Source of the DNA: Hydrolagus affinis
Lineage: Eukaryota
Length of the DNA: 58,651 bases
Direction: 5' to 3'
NCBI GenBank assembly: GCA_012026655.1
Contig: JAAILG010000241.1
Coordinates: 62,001-120,651 of the forward strand
The notes under the pieces were generated by a model. It worked only from the letters and a program-made list of their open reading frames with translations, did not search any database and was not told the origin of the DNA. Below, in pieces: positions 25,855 to 39,589 of the stretch; positions within the stretch are counted from its first letter, which is position 1; every line of letters begins with the position of its first letter. The position numbers and the translations under genes are program-made.

Positions 25855-25980
25855 TTAAGCGCTCCGGGATGCCACCCCAATGTGGAGGACTTTCTGGAAA
25901 TGCAAATTGCTGTTCATTAACAACAACAAAACAATCGAGGAATTTATACAACAACAACAACTTGGATTTATTTAGCGCTT
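25855..25980. mobile_element. Tail-to-tail pair of L2-type tails (+ 25855-25913, - 25948-25980)
   Basis: aagcgctccgggatgccacc..aaatgcaaattgctgtt and caacaacaacaacttggatttatttagcgct. Confidence 0.6.
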
Positions 25981-26136
25981 AAAGGATTTTATTTAAAATC
26001 CCTTATAAGGATTTTAGTTAATATGAAACAATATCTATCGCAGTCAATAGCTTTAAACATGAATTGACAAGTGAGAAAATGGGCATTAAATCATGTGGGT
26101 TGATAAAGATTTTTAAAATGAATTCCTCTCTGGAGC

Positions 26137-26312
26137 TCACCCAGTAGCCTAGTGATCTAAATCAGTCAGATAGGTCACATAGACCCTGGACTGTAGAGTT
26201 AGTTGATTTCAGGTGGGGTAACAGAGTGCTACAAATGATCTTAGTTCTTCTCGTTAGGGATGGGAAAATTAAAATCAAACCCACTCCCATTCCTCATTGT
26301 GATACAGAGACC
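26137..26312 (+). mobile_element. Old tRNA-headed SINE relic (second family)
   Basis: gtagcctagtg...ctgtagagttagttgatttcaggtggggtaacagagtgctacaaat resembles a recalled chondrichthyan SINE. Family name uncertain. Confidence 0.45.
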
Positions 26313-26334
26313 TAAACATGCATTAATAATACAG

Positions 26335-26627
26335 TAATAATAATCATCCTTGCATTTGATATAGCACTTTCCATGCCTTCTAGATGTCTCAAAGTGCTTC
26401 ACAGAATGTACTGTAAAGTGAATTGGTTTTATATTTTGTTGGTGAAACGCGGCAGCCAATTGTGCACAGAAGTGTCCCACAAACAGTCCTGGATTGAAAT
26501 GACCATTTTTAATTTTTTTTTTGAGGGATGTAGAGTAAGGAAACTTCCCCAGGGTTCCGCCCTGCTTGGAATCAAACCCAGGCCTCTCGTTGGCAAGGCA
26601 GATGCTCTAACCATTGAGCTACAGGAC
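26335..26627 (-). mobile_element. Near-complete SINE, short variant
   Basis: Tail, central ggcagccaattgtgcacag and tRNA head gctctaaccattgagctacagg. Confidence 0.9.
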
Positions 26628-29299
26628 TGCAAATTAGAATTGAGTCAAGGACTTCTATTGTGGATTAGCAGCGGATTACTTCTAGATTATGATGCTGAAA
26701 TGCCATAACAGATTTGTGGAATCAACATGAACCCAATAAAGAGCAATGCTAAATTCCTCTACTGTAAAGAAAACATTGGTGCTTTCCTTCAATATTTCCT
26801 TTCCTATTTTTGCCCATTTTTGTTTCAACTGTATTTTTCACCTATTTTCTTTCTACCTCTTCTTAGCCTCTTCCCAATACTGTGTGATACTGACACCCAT
26901 CACTTAGCTTCTGTTAGCTCTCACTGTCCATTTTGGACAATAAAGGCAAAGTGATTACTTTCGCTCAAAATCATTCTGGCAGTTTTAATATTGCAGCAAA
27001 ACCTCCCTAAAAGATTGATAAATGGCAGATTATTCTTTGACACAACATTTGTGTCTGAAGGGAGGAGTGTTGGCCTGAACAAGCATAACTCAATTTCTGC
27101 TCACTTTCCGACCAGTGATCTCATCAGTATCACTCCAAGGGACAGTTCGTTTAAACTTAGGTTTTATAGATTGTTTCATTTCCTCTCACCCCATGCATCG
27201 CCTCATGTCAGATCATTTCGTGGTTGAAATGGCAGGCAGGTAACCTTGCCAGCTTCTACCAATGCTTTTTAGTTTTTAGCCTTTCATTGGTCTACAAAAT
27301 ACACAATCACTCCACTTTACAGTATATCCCTTGAAACGTTTTGAGAGGGTCCTCTGACATGAATTAATTTTTTTAGCTGGCTGAAAGGCCAGTGTGACTC
27401 ACATTTCTATGGGGAAAATTCCAGACTTTGCTACTGCTTTTTCCTGACAGTGTAGGAACATCTGGCCATGTCACATGAGGAATTGCCACTGTCTGGCCTG
27501 TTTTTTTTATCATCCTTTAATTTTATTGATTTTTTTTTAGCACACTTAAGCCTGGACAACCAAAACGTTGCTGAGGATTTGCTTACACATTTTACCACTA
27601 ATACTAACTGATACATTTTAAAATGAGTGTAGTGATTTCCAGCCATTGATTCCTCTGGTATTGAGTTTTCAATAGAACATTTGATGTAAGAAAATGTACT
27701 CCTTGCTCTTATGTTCCATTAGTTTCTCAGAATCATTTGCAGTGTGTGCAGTGGCAAAGGATTTCAAATGGATAGCGTTTACAGAAGCAGCTGAAACGGT
27801 TCATTTGTTACTGTGATCTACATCTCATGCGTGGGATCTACGTTTCAGCTTAGGCCATCTGCTCTATTCTCTGTTACTTTTAGTGCAACTACTGTATTTA
27901 CATCACTTGTTCTGTTTATAGATACATACCAGTACTGTACTCTATATTGTTTCAATGTGTACAATTTAAATTGTTCTCAGAAAGCATATTGCTGTGTTTT
28001 ATTACATTTGATTATTTCTGGCTTTATTTTGATTCATTTTGACATTCTTTGTGGCTGGTCTTCTGAATATAAGTTAACATTAGAGTGTCAACACCTTGCT
28101 TTCATTGCACCTACAGAGAATAAAACTGTTCTTAATAGTACAGTACAACCATATATCCTTTGAAAACTTCTGGGATTAAGAGCAGTGCTGTGTTTCCAAA
28201 ACAGTTAGGTGACATGCAGGTTACGTTTTAAGAACCAGAATTCTGTACCATTTTAAGAGAGTAGTGGGGTCTATTCTTTAATATTCAAAAAAGATTTTTG
28301 TGTTAATTGGAACATCCATCTGTTTGGCATTTCTGGGCTAACACCTGGCTGCTTTGCTGATCTTTTTTTTGGCTCTTTGTTGATTTGGGATTTCTGGAAT
28401 GCAAATTTTGCAAACAGGCAGTTGCATTGAAAAACATGATGAAGTGTATCTTAATGGTCATTAAAGACCATGCAACACCTCTCTTTTGGAACTACAGTAC
28501 AAGTGCGGTGTTTGGCTTTGCGGTGGACTGTTTCAGCACTGCAGAGAAAACATTTATTTGCATTGCAACCAGCAGCAAAGGATTGTGAAAAATAAATGCT
28601 ATATGTAGGCACATAAAATGTTCCTTGTGTGAAAATGCAAGACAGGTGCAGTATACTCCTGAGTGCGCATTTGAACAACCTCCTGACATGGTAAATGGCT
28701 CAATTACCCTTTATAATTCTAAAATATGCACACCAGCCTCTTTCCTCTCTTTATACTTTGGTGTAACAACGTACAGTTCTTTTCGTTTCCGAAGGTTATG
28801 CTAGCCTTTGACTGTCAATTTCAATTTCTTCAGCTGCCATTCCTATCTTTTTAAACCAGAACCAATAGTAATTGCACAAATGACCCCAAATTCTGCCAAA
28901 ATTTCCACAAATTACTCATTCTGATTGTGATGATAATGAAGATGTAGACATTTAGTACAGGAGCATCCAAAATGTATTTGGTGGAAAAAGTGATCAGCAC
29001 AGTATTCTGGTAGCAATATTCGTGACAAATCACTTAACATCACCTGGAGCGGATCCCGAAACTGCTCCATTCTCATTTTGTGATGGGCCAGTTATCGGAC
29101 CTGCTCTGGGTCCGATGAAATGACTGACACAAATGTTGTTTTTCAAAAAATAATTATGCAGTTTTTGGCAAGTGCCTGCTCATTTATTTACTCACAGTCT
29201 TATGTTCACATCTGTTGCTTACGTCAGGGGGACTATTCAAAACATTTCATCGGATTTACTATTTAGAGCAGTGTCATTGTCCCATCAAATCCCCCCTTG

Positions 29300-29545
29300 G
29301 ATTTAATTCCCACATCAGGAGTTTAAACTCATATAGTCTGGGCTGATAGTCCAATACATTGCTGGGGATGCGCTACATTGGTCATTCAACAACAACAAGT
29401 TGGATTTATGTAGCACCCTCCATGCCGGATGGCATCTCAGAGTGCTTCACTTCCATAGACAGTATAGTTTGCATTATATCCTGTTAAGAGTTTTGAGACA
29501 TCCTCCTGAGGTAAAAGGCCTTATTATATTCAATGCAAGAATTTA
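29300..29545. mobile_element. Cluster: Deu-SINE head (+, 29300-29385), L2-type tail (-, 29387-29450), SINE tail (+, 29470-29545)
   Basis: Similarity to other copies in the window and to the recalled Deu-SINE consensus. Confidence 0.55.
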
Positions 29546-30350
29546 ATGCAACATCTACAATATCATATTTTCGAGAAGAATCTAATTTTGATGGTAAATA
29601 CAGTGTGTCCAAATAATCATAAAATAAATAAATTAATTAATATACGCTATAGAGATAGAGATATTGCTCTTCAAGAGCAGTTCTGTCCAACCCAAATTGA
29701 CAAGTAGTCACCACTGTGGGCATTGTGAGACAGAGGTGGCCACTCTACAATTAAAAAAGGAGTCAGCCTAGATACAATACATACAGAACATCATACATAT
29801 ACACCTATATAGCAATAAAAATGTACGTTCATCAACCAACTGTAATGTTTATACTTCACTAGATGGCTACACAACAGCATATAATAAAAACTGACAAGAG
29901 TGTGCTGCTGATGTATGCACAATATATGACAATAAAGCTACATATACAAGAAAGTTGCCCATCGGATCACACAGAGCGAGTGATTTGTCTTTCTGTATTC
30001 TATTTCTTATGTAAAACATAATGTGATAAGCAAAGTGGCCACATGTGTGCAGTGGCACTGGGTTTGGCAGCCCTGTTCCAGAGTTACATCTGTGAAAATG
30101 ATTTAAAAATGGTTGTTTGCCGAGAAATATTTGTAATGTCCAACAGTGCCTATTTTTATATTTTTAATCTAAAAATCATTTCTGCAGACAAATTTATGCA
30201 GCCAGTTTTGTAACACTATAGTGTGTTACACACATCTGTGCTATGTGTTCACAAGTATGCATGCAAATGAAACACAGCACAGCTAACCATGAATTTGTAC
30301 TTATGATGAGATGAACTGTGAAACATTATGATTTGCTTATGTGTTTTCAG

Positions 30351-30464
30351 AGGGTAAAGTTGAAGTGACCAAAGAAGAAACAAAGTTATGTACCATGGGA
30401 CCGGGAAAAGTATTTGGAGAGCTTGCCATTCTGTACAACTGTACCAGGACTGCTACAGTGAAAA
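30351..30464 (+). CDS. PRKG1: PRKG1 next coding exon, CNB-A phosphate-binding cassette
   Basis: Acceptor gtgttttcAG (30349-30350) and donor GTaagt (30465). G885+AG makes GAG, then (E)[37 protein letters not shown] with the FGELA..RTA cassette. 114 bp, phase 1-1, in frame with the upstream exon. Not in the ORF track. Confidence 0.97.
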
Positions 30465-31436
30465 GTAAGTTCTAGAAATGGATTAGAAATGTATTATTGT
30501 AGATTTTCATAATATTTGTACAGTTCCGCAACTTTCTGTTATGTGACTTTGGAGTGCTGCATGATGCAGAGTTCAACACTATTATTTTTGTATAACCAGA
30601 ATAAGAAAGCCTTGTAACCAGTGAAGTGAAGAGTGTAGCTGTAAGATCAAAGTGGTATTGAAATGAATTCCTCTTCTTAGAATTCTTCTGTTCCTAGTAC
30701 ACAAAGAATCATAGAAATAACAACACTGAAGGATGTCACCTGGTCCATCAAGTCGAAATTACTTGTGATTTTACAGGGCAGCTCAGTTGGTGTCATCTGA
30801 AATATAAATATATAAATATCCTCCACAGGAGGTCTTACAAAGGGTATGCAATCCACTTGCTCCATGGTGAACGGAGCCTCATCATAGGAACTAGACTCAT
30901 CATTTTTTTTACCCATGTACAAACTGGGTGAGGTAACAATAAAAAAATGAACAGAATAATGAGCTACTTTGCCAATTGAATTGAAATCCTCTGGGCTGAT
31001 CACAACACTCGGATCATGGAAAAACAGTGGGCTTTCCAGCACTGGAAACTCTGCAGAGGAGATCAATGGAGCTAATTTCTGCTGACACAAACTATGATGA
31101 AACATCATTGAGATATTTTAAACTCTTTTAAGTCTTAAAAATGACAATCGGACAGCTCGTGCAGACTTAAGTTTAAAAGTGAGCAAGCCTCGAGTGAAGC
31201 TAGAGGGAAATGTTCCTGTATCAAGTTAGAGAATATGTGGAATACACTTCCAGGATATATAGATTGAAACTATCAAACACTGTTTGGGGCATAATGGTTC
31301 CTGAGATGTTAGAGCCAGGGTATGATGCTGCTTATGCAGGTAAATGTTCTTGTATGTGCATATTTATCTTTCAGGATTAGGAAGTATTATATTGATGGAT
31401 TGTTTCCTGACAGCCTTAAACAGGTGGCAAGAAAAC

Positions 31437-31735
31437 ATTATAATAATAATAATCCTTGCATTTGCTGTAGCGCTTTTCACGTCTTCTAGCCATCTCAAAG
31501 CGCTTCACGGAATATATTGTAAATTGAAGTGACTATATTTTGTGGATGAAATGCGGAAGCCAATTGTGCACAGCAGTGTCCCACAAACAGTCATGGATTG
31601 AAATGGCCAATTTATTTTTAAGGGATTATTAACAGGTGCATGGAGGAAGGAAACTTGCCCAAGGTTTTGCCCTGCTTGGATTCAAACCCAAGTCTCTCAC
31701 TTGTCAGTCAAGTGCTCTAACCACTGAGCTATACT
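31437..31735 (-). mobile_element. Near-complete SINE, short variant
   Basis: (aat)n tail through to the head agtgctctaaccactgagctata. Confidence 0.9.
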
Positions 31736-34700
31736 ACTCCATTATGATTTGCTTCTTTGTTTTCAAAGAAGACTTTAAATGGTCATCGAGAACTGAATGA
31801 TCATTGCCTGTTTTCTTATACAGTACATAGAATACTGTATATAGTCTCTTAATTTTCTTCAAGATAACATTTATCTATGTTGTGTGTTATACACTGTAGA
31901 TACTGATACCTAGTCTATAATTTATTTTCCATTGTATGCACGAGGGAATTTTTTTGAATGTCTTTTAAGAATTTCATATTATTTAAAAGATTTATTTCGT
32001 TGCATTCAAAATTATTGAAGTGTCACTGCCTGAGGGTGTTTGGGTCCAGTGAGCAGCAGAGAAATACACACAGGCATCTGTAGGGGATTTATGTTTTTCT
32101 TATTGTCTAATTTAATTTCTGTGATCTGAGGATTAATTTTGTGATGGACAGCTTGAATCTTTTTCACCTGCTTGACTGTTTATTTTTGGATTTGCTGAAC
32201 AGTGATAGCCATTCATGCAAGTCCTACTTGAAAGAAACTACAGTAGCTACTTACAAGCCTTTATGAATTGTTTTAAAACATTCTAAGATATGTCGGTTGT
32301 CTATCTCTGAGCCTTTAATGATTGATAAATGGGCCGTGTATAGAACATGAAGGATACAAGATCACCTTAGAGCATAACACTTTATTGATGACAACTCTTA
32401 CTGTAAAGCAATATACCTAGAATCTGATACAGTAAAACACAGTTCTTTATAATTATTGATTTAACATGTATAACGTTTGGCATCTGATCCAGAAAGAGTG
32501 GTAAATACTATCTATTTAATTACTATTAAAATTACATAACTAAAGAATGTTCCTTAGTATGGACAACAAATTGTGATTTCAGAATAATGAATCATTGAAA
32601 GAATGTGGTGTGTATTTTACAAAACCCTCACAAATCTTACTGTGGTTAAACGCATAATATTGTTCTTTTTATATATAAAATGTAGGTTCATTTTTGAATA
32701 TATTCAACTACAGTTAAGTAATCATCTATATTCCAGGCATGTAGTTCAACCAGTTATATTCTAAGATTGAGTTTTAACAAATTAGTCAACTAGATGCAAT
32801 TTAGCAATTCTGTAAAACATTGATAACTTATTATTCTATAAAATCCTTAAATAATTGTAGTGGTTATTATCATTTTGATCTCAAAGTTGATGGGCGATTT
32901 ATTTTCTGTCAGTCAATTGATGGCTGTAGAACCCAATTCATGAAGCAAATGTGTTTACTTGTGAACTTTGAATACTATGGTCCACTAGTTGGTTGTTGGT
33001 GCAATTAGATTTAGAATCCACTTTGCAAATGCTTACCAAGTTTGATCTTCCTGTACAAAGCACACTTGATAGAATTTGTTAAACCAATACAACAGATTGA
33101 TTTAACATCACTTCAATGAAGTTTGATTTTTCCATATTTTCACCTATTTGCAGTCTTGTTTTCACCAATGTTTATTGAACAATGTCCTGTTATTTGATTT
33201 GTATGATGCACTTAAATTGACAGTTTGAAATTTATAAACATATTTGTCACAATAATATAGTACTGTACATCCAAGATTCACACCATAGAATGCTTTTAGA
33301 TCATAAATGCCTGGTTGATTTTGAGGTCATGATTTTTCACTGGTTGGTAAATGTAGTATGCCGTCATCAGGGTTTACATAAAAATCAGAACATTTAGTAA
33401 CCAGTGGAAATAGCTTAAATTGCTTTAAGCCTCATTCCATGCTGATCTGAGATTCAGACTTTCACACTGGTTTTCCTAATACAGTACAAGCAACCACATC
33501 CTGGTTAGTAATAAATATATCCTGAGCAAGATTTCCAAATATATTTTGTGGCACTTATCAAGAAATAAAGGTGGAATAACTGTCCTAATGATTGATGAAT
33601 ATAAACGCAAAACTAGGCACAAAATCTAGGCATAAAGATCCAAATAGGTGCCTTGATGTGTGTTAACAATGAAACAATGGATGCTTTATCAGCAGGTATA
33701 AAAAGATAATATAGGTCTTTGCTCGTCTTCCCAGAAGATATATTGACATGTGAAATAATTTGGTGAAAGCAATTTGGAAACACAGATAATTCACTACACG
33801 AATGCCATTAAAGAGAATTCCTTTGAGATGCTTAAATTAGACCAAGGAAAAACTGAAATTACAATGCGATTAATCATAATTCTACAGATTATAAAGAAAG
33901 AATTTGGGGTCAAGCATTTTGTAGTTAAAAAAGGAACAGAAAAAAGAAAATCTGCACTGTAAGATGACTATAGAAAAGGCGACATTAGTATACAGGTCTG
34001 GACAACTGTAGTTAATATTATTCTTCACACACTTTCTGAAGAACACCATTCAGAAATGTGTATGCTCATTTCAAATTTAAAAAGGAAAGATAAATTTTGT
34101 TTCAGTTTTAGGTTTCTTCAATAAATAAGTTTAGTCCGGTTGGGAGAAACTGTGCCCAAGTACTTTGAGAGGTTTGCATTAGAAAAGCTTTAGTCAGCTG
34201 CAACAATATCCTATCTTGGCTTTCTTCCATGTTATATACCAATTGCAACAACAGCAGAAAATCCTCAGCATTGCTTTTTATCAGTAAAGCAGTGGAAAGT
34301 AATCCAAACTGGAATCCACATGGTGGTACTGTACAATTATAAGGGCAGTCTCAGCCATCAGCTACTCTCAAAGGTACAAGTTTATTGATTAGAGCTGAAC
34401 TGAATACACTGTAAATTCAAGCCATTGGTTAGTTTCTGAGTCCATTGGATTTAATCGTCAACGTTCTAAATTTATTTCATGCCATATATGGATCAAAGGC
34501 CAAGCAGAGAAAATGCTACATCGGGATATATCTTGGTAAGAATCCATTTGAAGTCTCAAATACAATAATGACATTTTTTGGAAAACTACTTTTGCAGGAA
34601 GTCATTCCGCTTCTCCAGAAATTGGTCATTTTTCATGCTTTGCTCAGAGTACAATCTTTGAGAGATTTGACCTAGAGGGCTATGTTATAGCAAGTTTGTC

Positions 34701-35364
34701 ATTTGATTGGGAAAGATCAGAACATGACATGGAAAAATAGATTCCTCAACCCAGTTTTTGCTATGATTCAGAGCAGAATAACTGGTAGGATCTGCTATAA
34801 AATATTCCCTGGATCATCCAGCAAAAATTAAGACTGAAATGCTTAATTTTGAATGTAATATAGCATAAAGTAATGTAGAACCAAGTTGGTATGTTACATG
34901 TTAGTGGATAACATCAAGCCAAGAACCTCTTTAAAATGCTCACCCAACGTAAAAGGCAATATTGTACATTTCAATTGTCAGTTATTGTTGGCTGTTCAAA
35001 TGTTAATTATTGAAACTCACTACCCAACTGTGTCCAATACTGGAATGAGGAGATTTGCTGCTTCAGTCAGCGATGATCGACCCATTGCTATGCTCCACAT
35101 GTGGTAAAAAGATATTTTGACTCAATGAATAATCATTCCTTTAAGCACTTAACACACACACACAAAAAAGTGCCTGTTAGTAATTTTCATGTGAAATGGG
35201 CAACACTTCATTTATTATCAGTACTGCTTTTTTCATATTGCTTCAAAAAATAAATGTGTGGATTATTATAAAATATGTCAACAAAATTATCATCTGTATG
35301 TTAAAATTATTTCTTATTTTAATAGCTTGGTGGGCATTCTGAAGGCATTGCACATGCCTCAAAG

Positions 35365-35582
35365 TGCCTCAAATTGCTTCACAGAATATACTGTACTATA
35401 AAGTGACTGCCTATTTTATGGGTGAAACGCGGCAGCCAATTGCGCACAGCAGTGTCATGGATTGAAGTGACCAATTTATTATTGTTGTTTTGAAGGGATT
35501 ATTATTAGCCGTGTGCAGTAAGAAAACGTGCCCAGGGTCTCTCACTTGCAAGGCGAGTGCTGTAACCACTGAGCTGCAGGAT
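35365..35582 (-). mobile_element. SINE, short variant, tail eroded
   Basis: gtgaaacgcggcagccaattgcgcacagcagtgtc ... gcgagtgctgtaaccactgagctgcagg. Confidence 0.85.
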
Positions 35583-37164
35583 TCCACAACATAGACTCCA
35601 CAGGACTCTACATTTATTTTAGAATCATGCAAAATACATGTAGCATTGGAATACCGGTGTTTAATTCATGATATTCACAAACTAGCTTCATTGCTTGAAT
35701 TGTAGCTTTTGGTTTGTGACTTCTGGTGTGTAATATTTGCAGCTCATGAAATTCAAATGCTGACGAACAGAAAGTCATTAGGGAATGTTTTGCTTGCTGG
35801 CCTTTTTTGCTTTTGCCTTTGCTATCTATTGCAGTTTGCAATTAGCTGTGTTTTGAATATCACAACTCAATACCATACTGTACTTCCACACCGAGAGTCT
35901 CGAATTATTCTTTGAAACCAGTTTACAAATATTACAAATTTGACTCTTTCTCTAGAGCAACCACTTAACATTCAAAGTACATCCTGTAAAATCTGTATGT
36001 CACATTTCTGGTTTGCAGCATTGCTGTCATATTCAGTGCATATCTATAACACACCACTGGCTGAACCCAATCTATAACTGCATGATTTCTTTTTAAAATA
36101 AAGGAACCGAATCAGCATGAAAGTGGACTTATTGCTGCATTTTACAGTTCTCCTGAAATTTGATGTCCATTTGAAAGCCTCATTAAATATAAAGTATCTG
36201 TTTTAGTTAAGTGTTTTTCTTCAATTTGTTTAGATTGAATTTCAGAATGAATAATTAAAGATGCTTTGCTTCAAAGATTTGCAATTGGCTGTTGCTCACT
36301 GAAATTTTAAAAAATCTTGATCCAACTTCAAAATTAATCCAGCCTTGGTGCATTCATCTCAGAAAAAGGTATAATGGTGTGTAATAGAATGGCACATATG
36401 AAAATGAAGAGAAACTGATACTTAATACAGTACTTTTATTGATGAATTTGATAAAAAATCTTCCTGAAAGTTAGACCAAAAAAGAACTGCATATTCTGTA
36501 TGAACAGTATCTTCCATTAGGTACAGATATTTGTTTAATTTAATTCATTTGGTAGAATGAATGCACTATTCAGCCCCAAATCTATACATGATGCAATCCC
36601 AGTTCCAACCAGAGTCACTTGTCAACTTTCAAAGCAATACCTTCCTTCTTCACAGGAGAAGTTGATATTCAGTACTCATACCCTTCTACAAAGCTTTTGA
36701 TAGAGTTGTCAAAGGTCTGAGTGCCTTTTCTATCTGCTCAGAATCAAGTGTGAAGTAATGACCTAAGAAGGAAAGCAAAGTGATTTAATATTTGAATTAT
36801 ACCTCCTTCCTTTCATTTTTATTTGTTTATATTGCTCTAAAATATCTCTTTTAGTCCTGTATCATTTTGTGAAAATGTTTTGAACCTAAATACTGCTCTT
36901 TTTGTTAGCACGATCTAATCTTGTGCCTTAATATCAACATATATGATTAAAAATCACATAATTCATTGCCTACTATTTCTTTCAGCAAAATGGTTCCAGC
37001 ATTGTGAGACTGCTTGAATGCATGCTTCAATTCAATACTCCAAGACATCATCCTGTTTGAAGGGTGTTAAATAAATTCAGAGGGGTTTGAATTAACGCAT
37101 GTCATCTCCAACCTTTTCGAGTACTGTTAGTCTGAGAAATCTGTTCATAAATTATGCTTTAGAT

Positions 37165-37680
37165 CAGTCTCACCCAAAGCTCTCCCACATGAGCCTTCGC
37201 CCCATCACACCCACCCTTGACTGGCCCCACTGGCTCCCCATCCCTCAGAAGATCGAATTCAAGATCCTCGTCCTTACCTTCAGGGCCCTCCACTGCCTTG
37301 CTGCCTTGCACCTGCTGACTTGCTGAGCCCCTATCAACCTGCCAGTTCCCTCTGATCAGTAGGCTCTGGCCTACTTCACGTCTCATGCCCGACCTGCCCT
37401 GCCATCGGTGGCCGGAATTTCAGCCTCTCTGCCCCCACACTTTGGAGGTCCATCCCACAATCCCTTCGCTTGCTCCCTGCCTGGGCCGGTCTCAAGATCC
37501 ACCTCTTCGACTGTGCCTTCAGTCACTGTCCTACCTCTGCGCCCTTCCTCATCCTAACCTTGCCCCCCCGCCCCCCGTGCTTGGGTCCTGACCCCTAACT
37601 GTTCAGTACCTTGGGACGTCGTCTCGATGTGAAAGATGCTCTTTCAAATTACAAATGTAATTTTGTTGTTGTCATTGTTA
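37165..37680 (+). mobile_element. L2 LINE 3' fragment
   Basis: PITPTLDWPHWLPIPQKIEFKILVLTFRALH, with tail aaatgtaattttgttgttgtc. Confidence 0.92.
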
Positions 37681-37714
37681 TGTTTTGGCTCAGTTTTATC
37701 AGTGAGATGATCTA

Positions 37715-37870
37715 ATAATAACCCTTGTAATTGGCATAATAATCCTTGTATCGAGAACCTCTAGATAAAGGACATATAGGGCCTTTATTACATCGTTGAG
37801 ATGTCTCAAAGCGCTTCATAGGATTTACCGTCAAAAAGTGGTATGACTTTATTTTGTGGGCAAAATGTGA
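37715..37870 (-). mobile_element. Disrupted SINE tail
   Basis: Two taataa..ccttgta starts, then gagatgtctcaaagcgcttcatagga. Confidence 0.65.
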
Positions 37871-39589
37871 TATTCTATTTACCGGCAAATAATAATATTC
37901 AGTAAAGTCATGTTTCCACGCAAGATTTCATGGAAACGCTCGAATACTAGGGGAAATAATCAATTAAAAAATTGATAACTGAGCTCAAGGATTGCAGGAA
38001 TTTTAAAATGGGAGGCAGCATGAACCATTGTAAGGAAGAACTAAAAGATCAGGGAAAAAAATGGATCCATCAGAAAAAAAAGGACCAGGAGCAAAAGCTA
38101 AGCTGTTTAAAAGATATATGTAACAGAATAAAGAATATGGAATAGAAGTTGAGTAAAAATTAGTTTAAATTGAAATGTAATAAGGCAGATGTACCAAAGC
38201 GTAGAATTTGCTCAAAATCACTGTCTCTGAAGTCTGGTGAAATGAGCTGCTCTTTATTCAGAGAGCATGTTAAGCTAATTTATACAGTGTTACTCATATT
38301 TGATCAAAGGAACAAAAACCTATTTTGATGTTTTGTTACCGTGAGCAGTTTTATGAACCAGATCATGCAGTGGTATACTCAATGTATATTGAATAGCTTA
38401 ATGACAAATAGATTTATTGATAATTTGATTTTCTGTCATCTGAAATGTGTACTTGATTAATATAAAATATAGATAAATGTAGAAATTAAATAGGGAATAA
38501 TGGATAACTGGTAGACAATTACGGAGCGTGTAATGGGTAACTGAACTCTGAACAATGTATGGACGGGAACGATTTCATAGTACAGTAATAAATAACTAAC
38601 TGGTAAGTTATTAATTCAAAGAGAATATTGGATAATGGCGTGATTAAAAAATATTACAAGTCTTACTGAATTATTTCAGATGCTATACATGATGAAAGTA
38701 AAATCAAACCAAATGAAAATGAATGCATTTAGAACTAGCTTCTGAATGATGCCTTGAAACTCACTTTTTCTAACATATAACTGTGGAGTTATTGGAGGCA
38801 TTTTAGTAGTTATGCTACTATTGATGCTTTGGTGGGTGCCAATGCAGATATTCCATATACTTGATGTACAATTATATCCTTATTTAAGAATACCCTAATA
38901 AAATTGTGCAAATTTAACAGTTGACAGCCTGCAGTTGGGTATCAGAAATAAATTCGATTGACACATAAGCAAGTACAGTACTTCTGATACGAAAGCACTC
39001 AGACATTGATAAACCTTCTTAAGCATAGATGTTTTTAAAAATCAATACTTACTCTGTGTTTGCTTACTAGTAAACATATTAATACTATATTCCAATATGT
39101 TGATAAGCATATTTAACTCCCAAGTCTTTGAAGAAAAGTTGGGCAATATTCTCTCTCACTGGTAAATTATCAACATGATTTCTGTTTTTGACACCAAATT
39201 ACCCCAGGCACACAAGTGCAGTCTGTAGCTGATGAGGGTAATTTAAGTGGTGTTTTCTCCACTCAGCGCACTTCAATATAGGTTTATCACAAATGGTTAT
39301 GGTAATGGTTATGAAACAACACATGGGTTCAGTCAATTATATGAGGTAGATCCAATTGCTACCTCAGATAATAAGTGTCTATTTTTCACTATTTAACTTC
39401 CTATACCAATATTTTTATATCCCCGCTATGTTAGTGATGTGGTACAGTATATATCAATACAGTTTCTCAGTGCTGGTAGAAGCCTATGCTTAGTGTCGTT
39501 AGAAGCCTCCACTTGTATATGTTGCATAGACTATTGCATAGACTACTGTTCCTCTTTGGACTCCAGATGATCTTGCTTTATTACTAGAG

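Larger units (their letters stand above)
886..30350 (+). other. PRKG1: PRKG1 intron (GT-AG, 29,465 bp)
   Basis: Joins the two exons in frame with canonical ends, and no intervening PRKG1 residues are missing. Confidence 0.93.

Noticed and set aside
30677-31108. 143-aa antisense ORF near the exon
   Set aside because: No recognisable domain, motif or splice context; compatible with chance.
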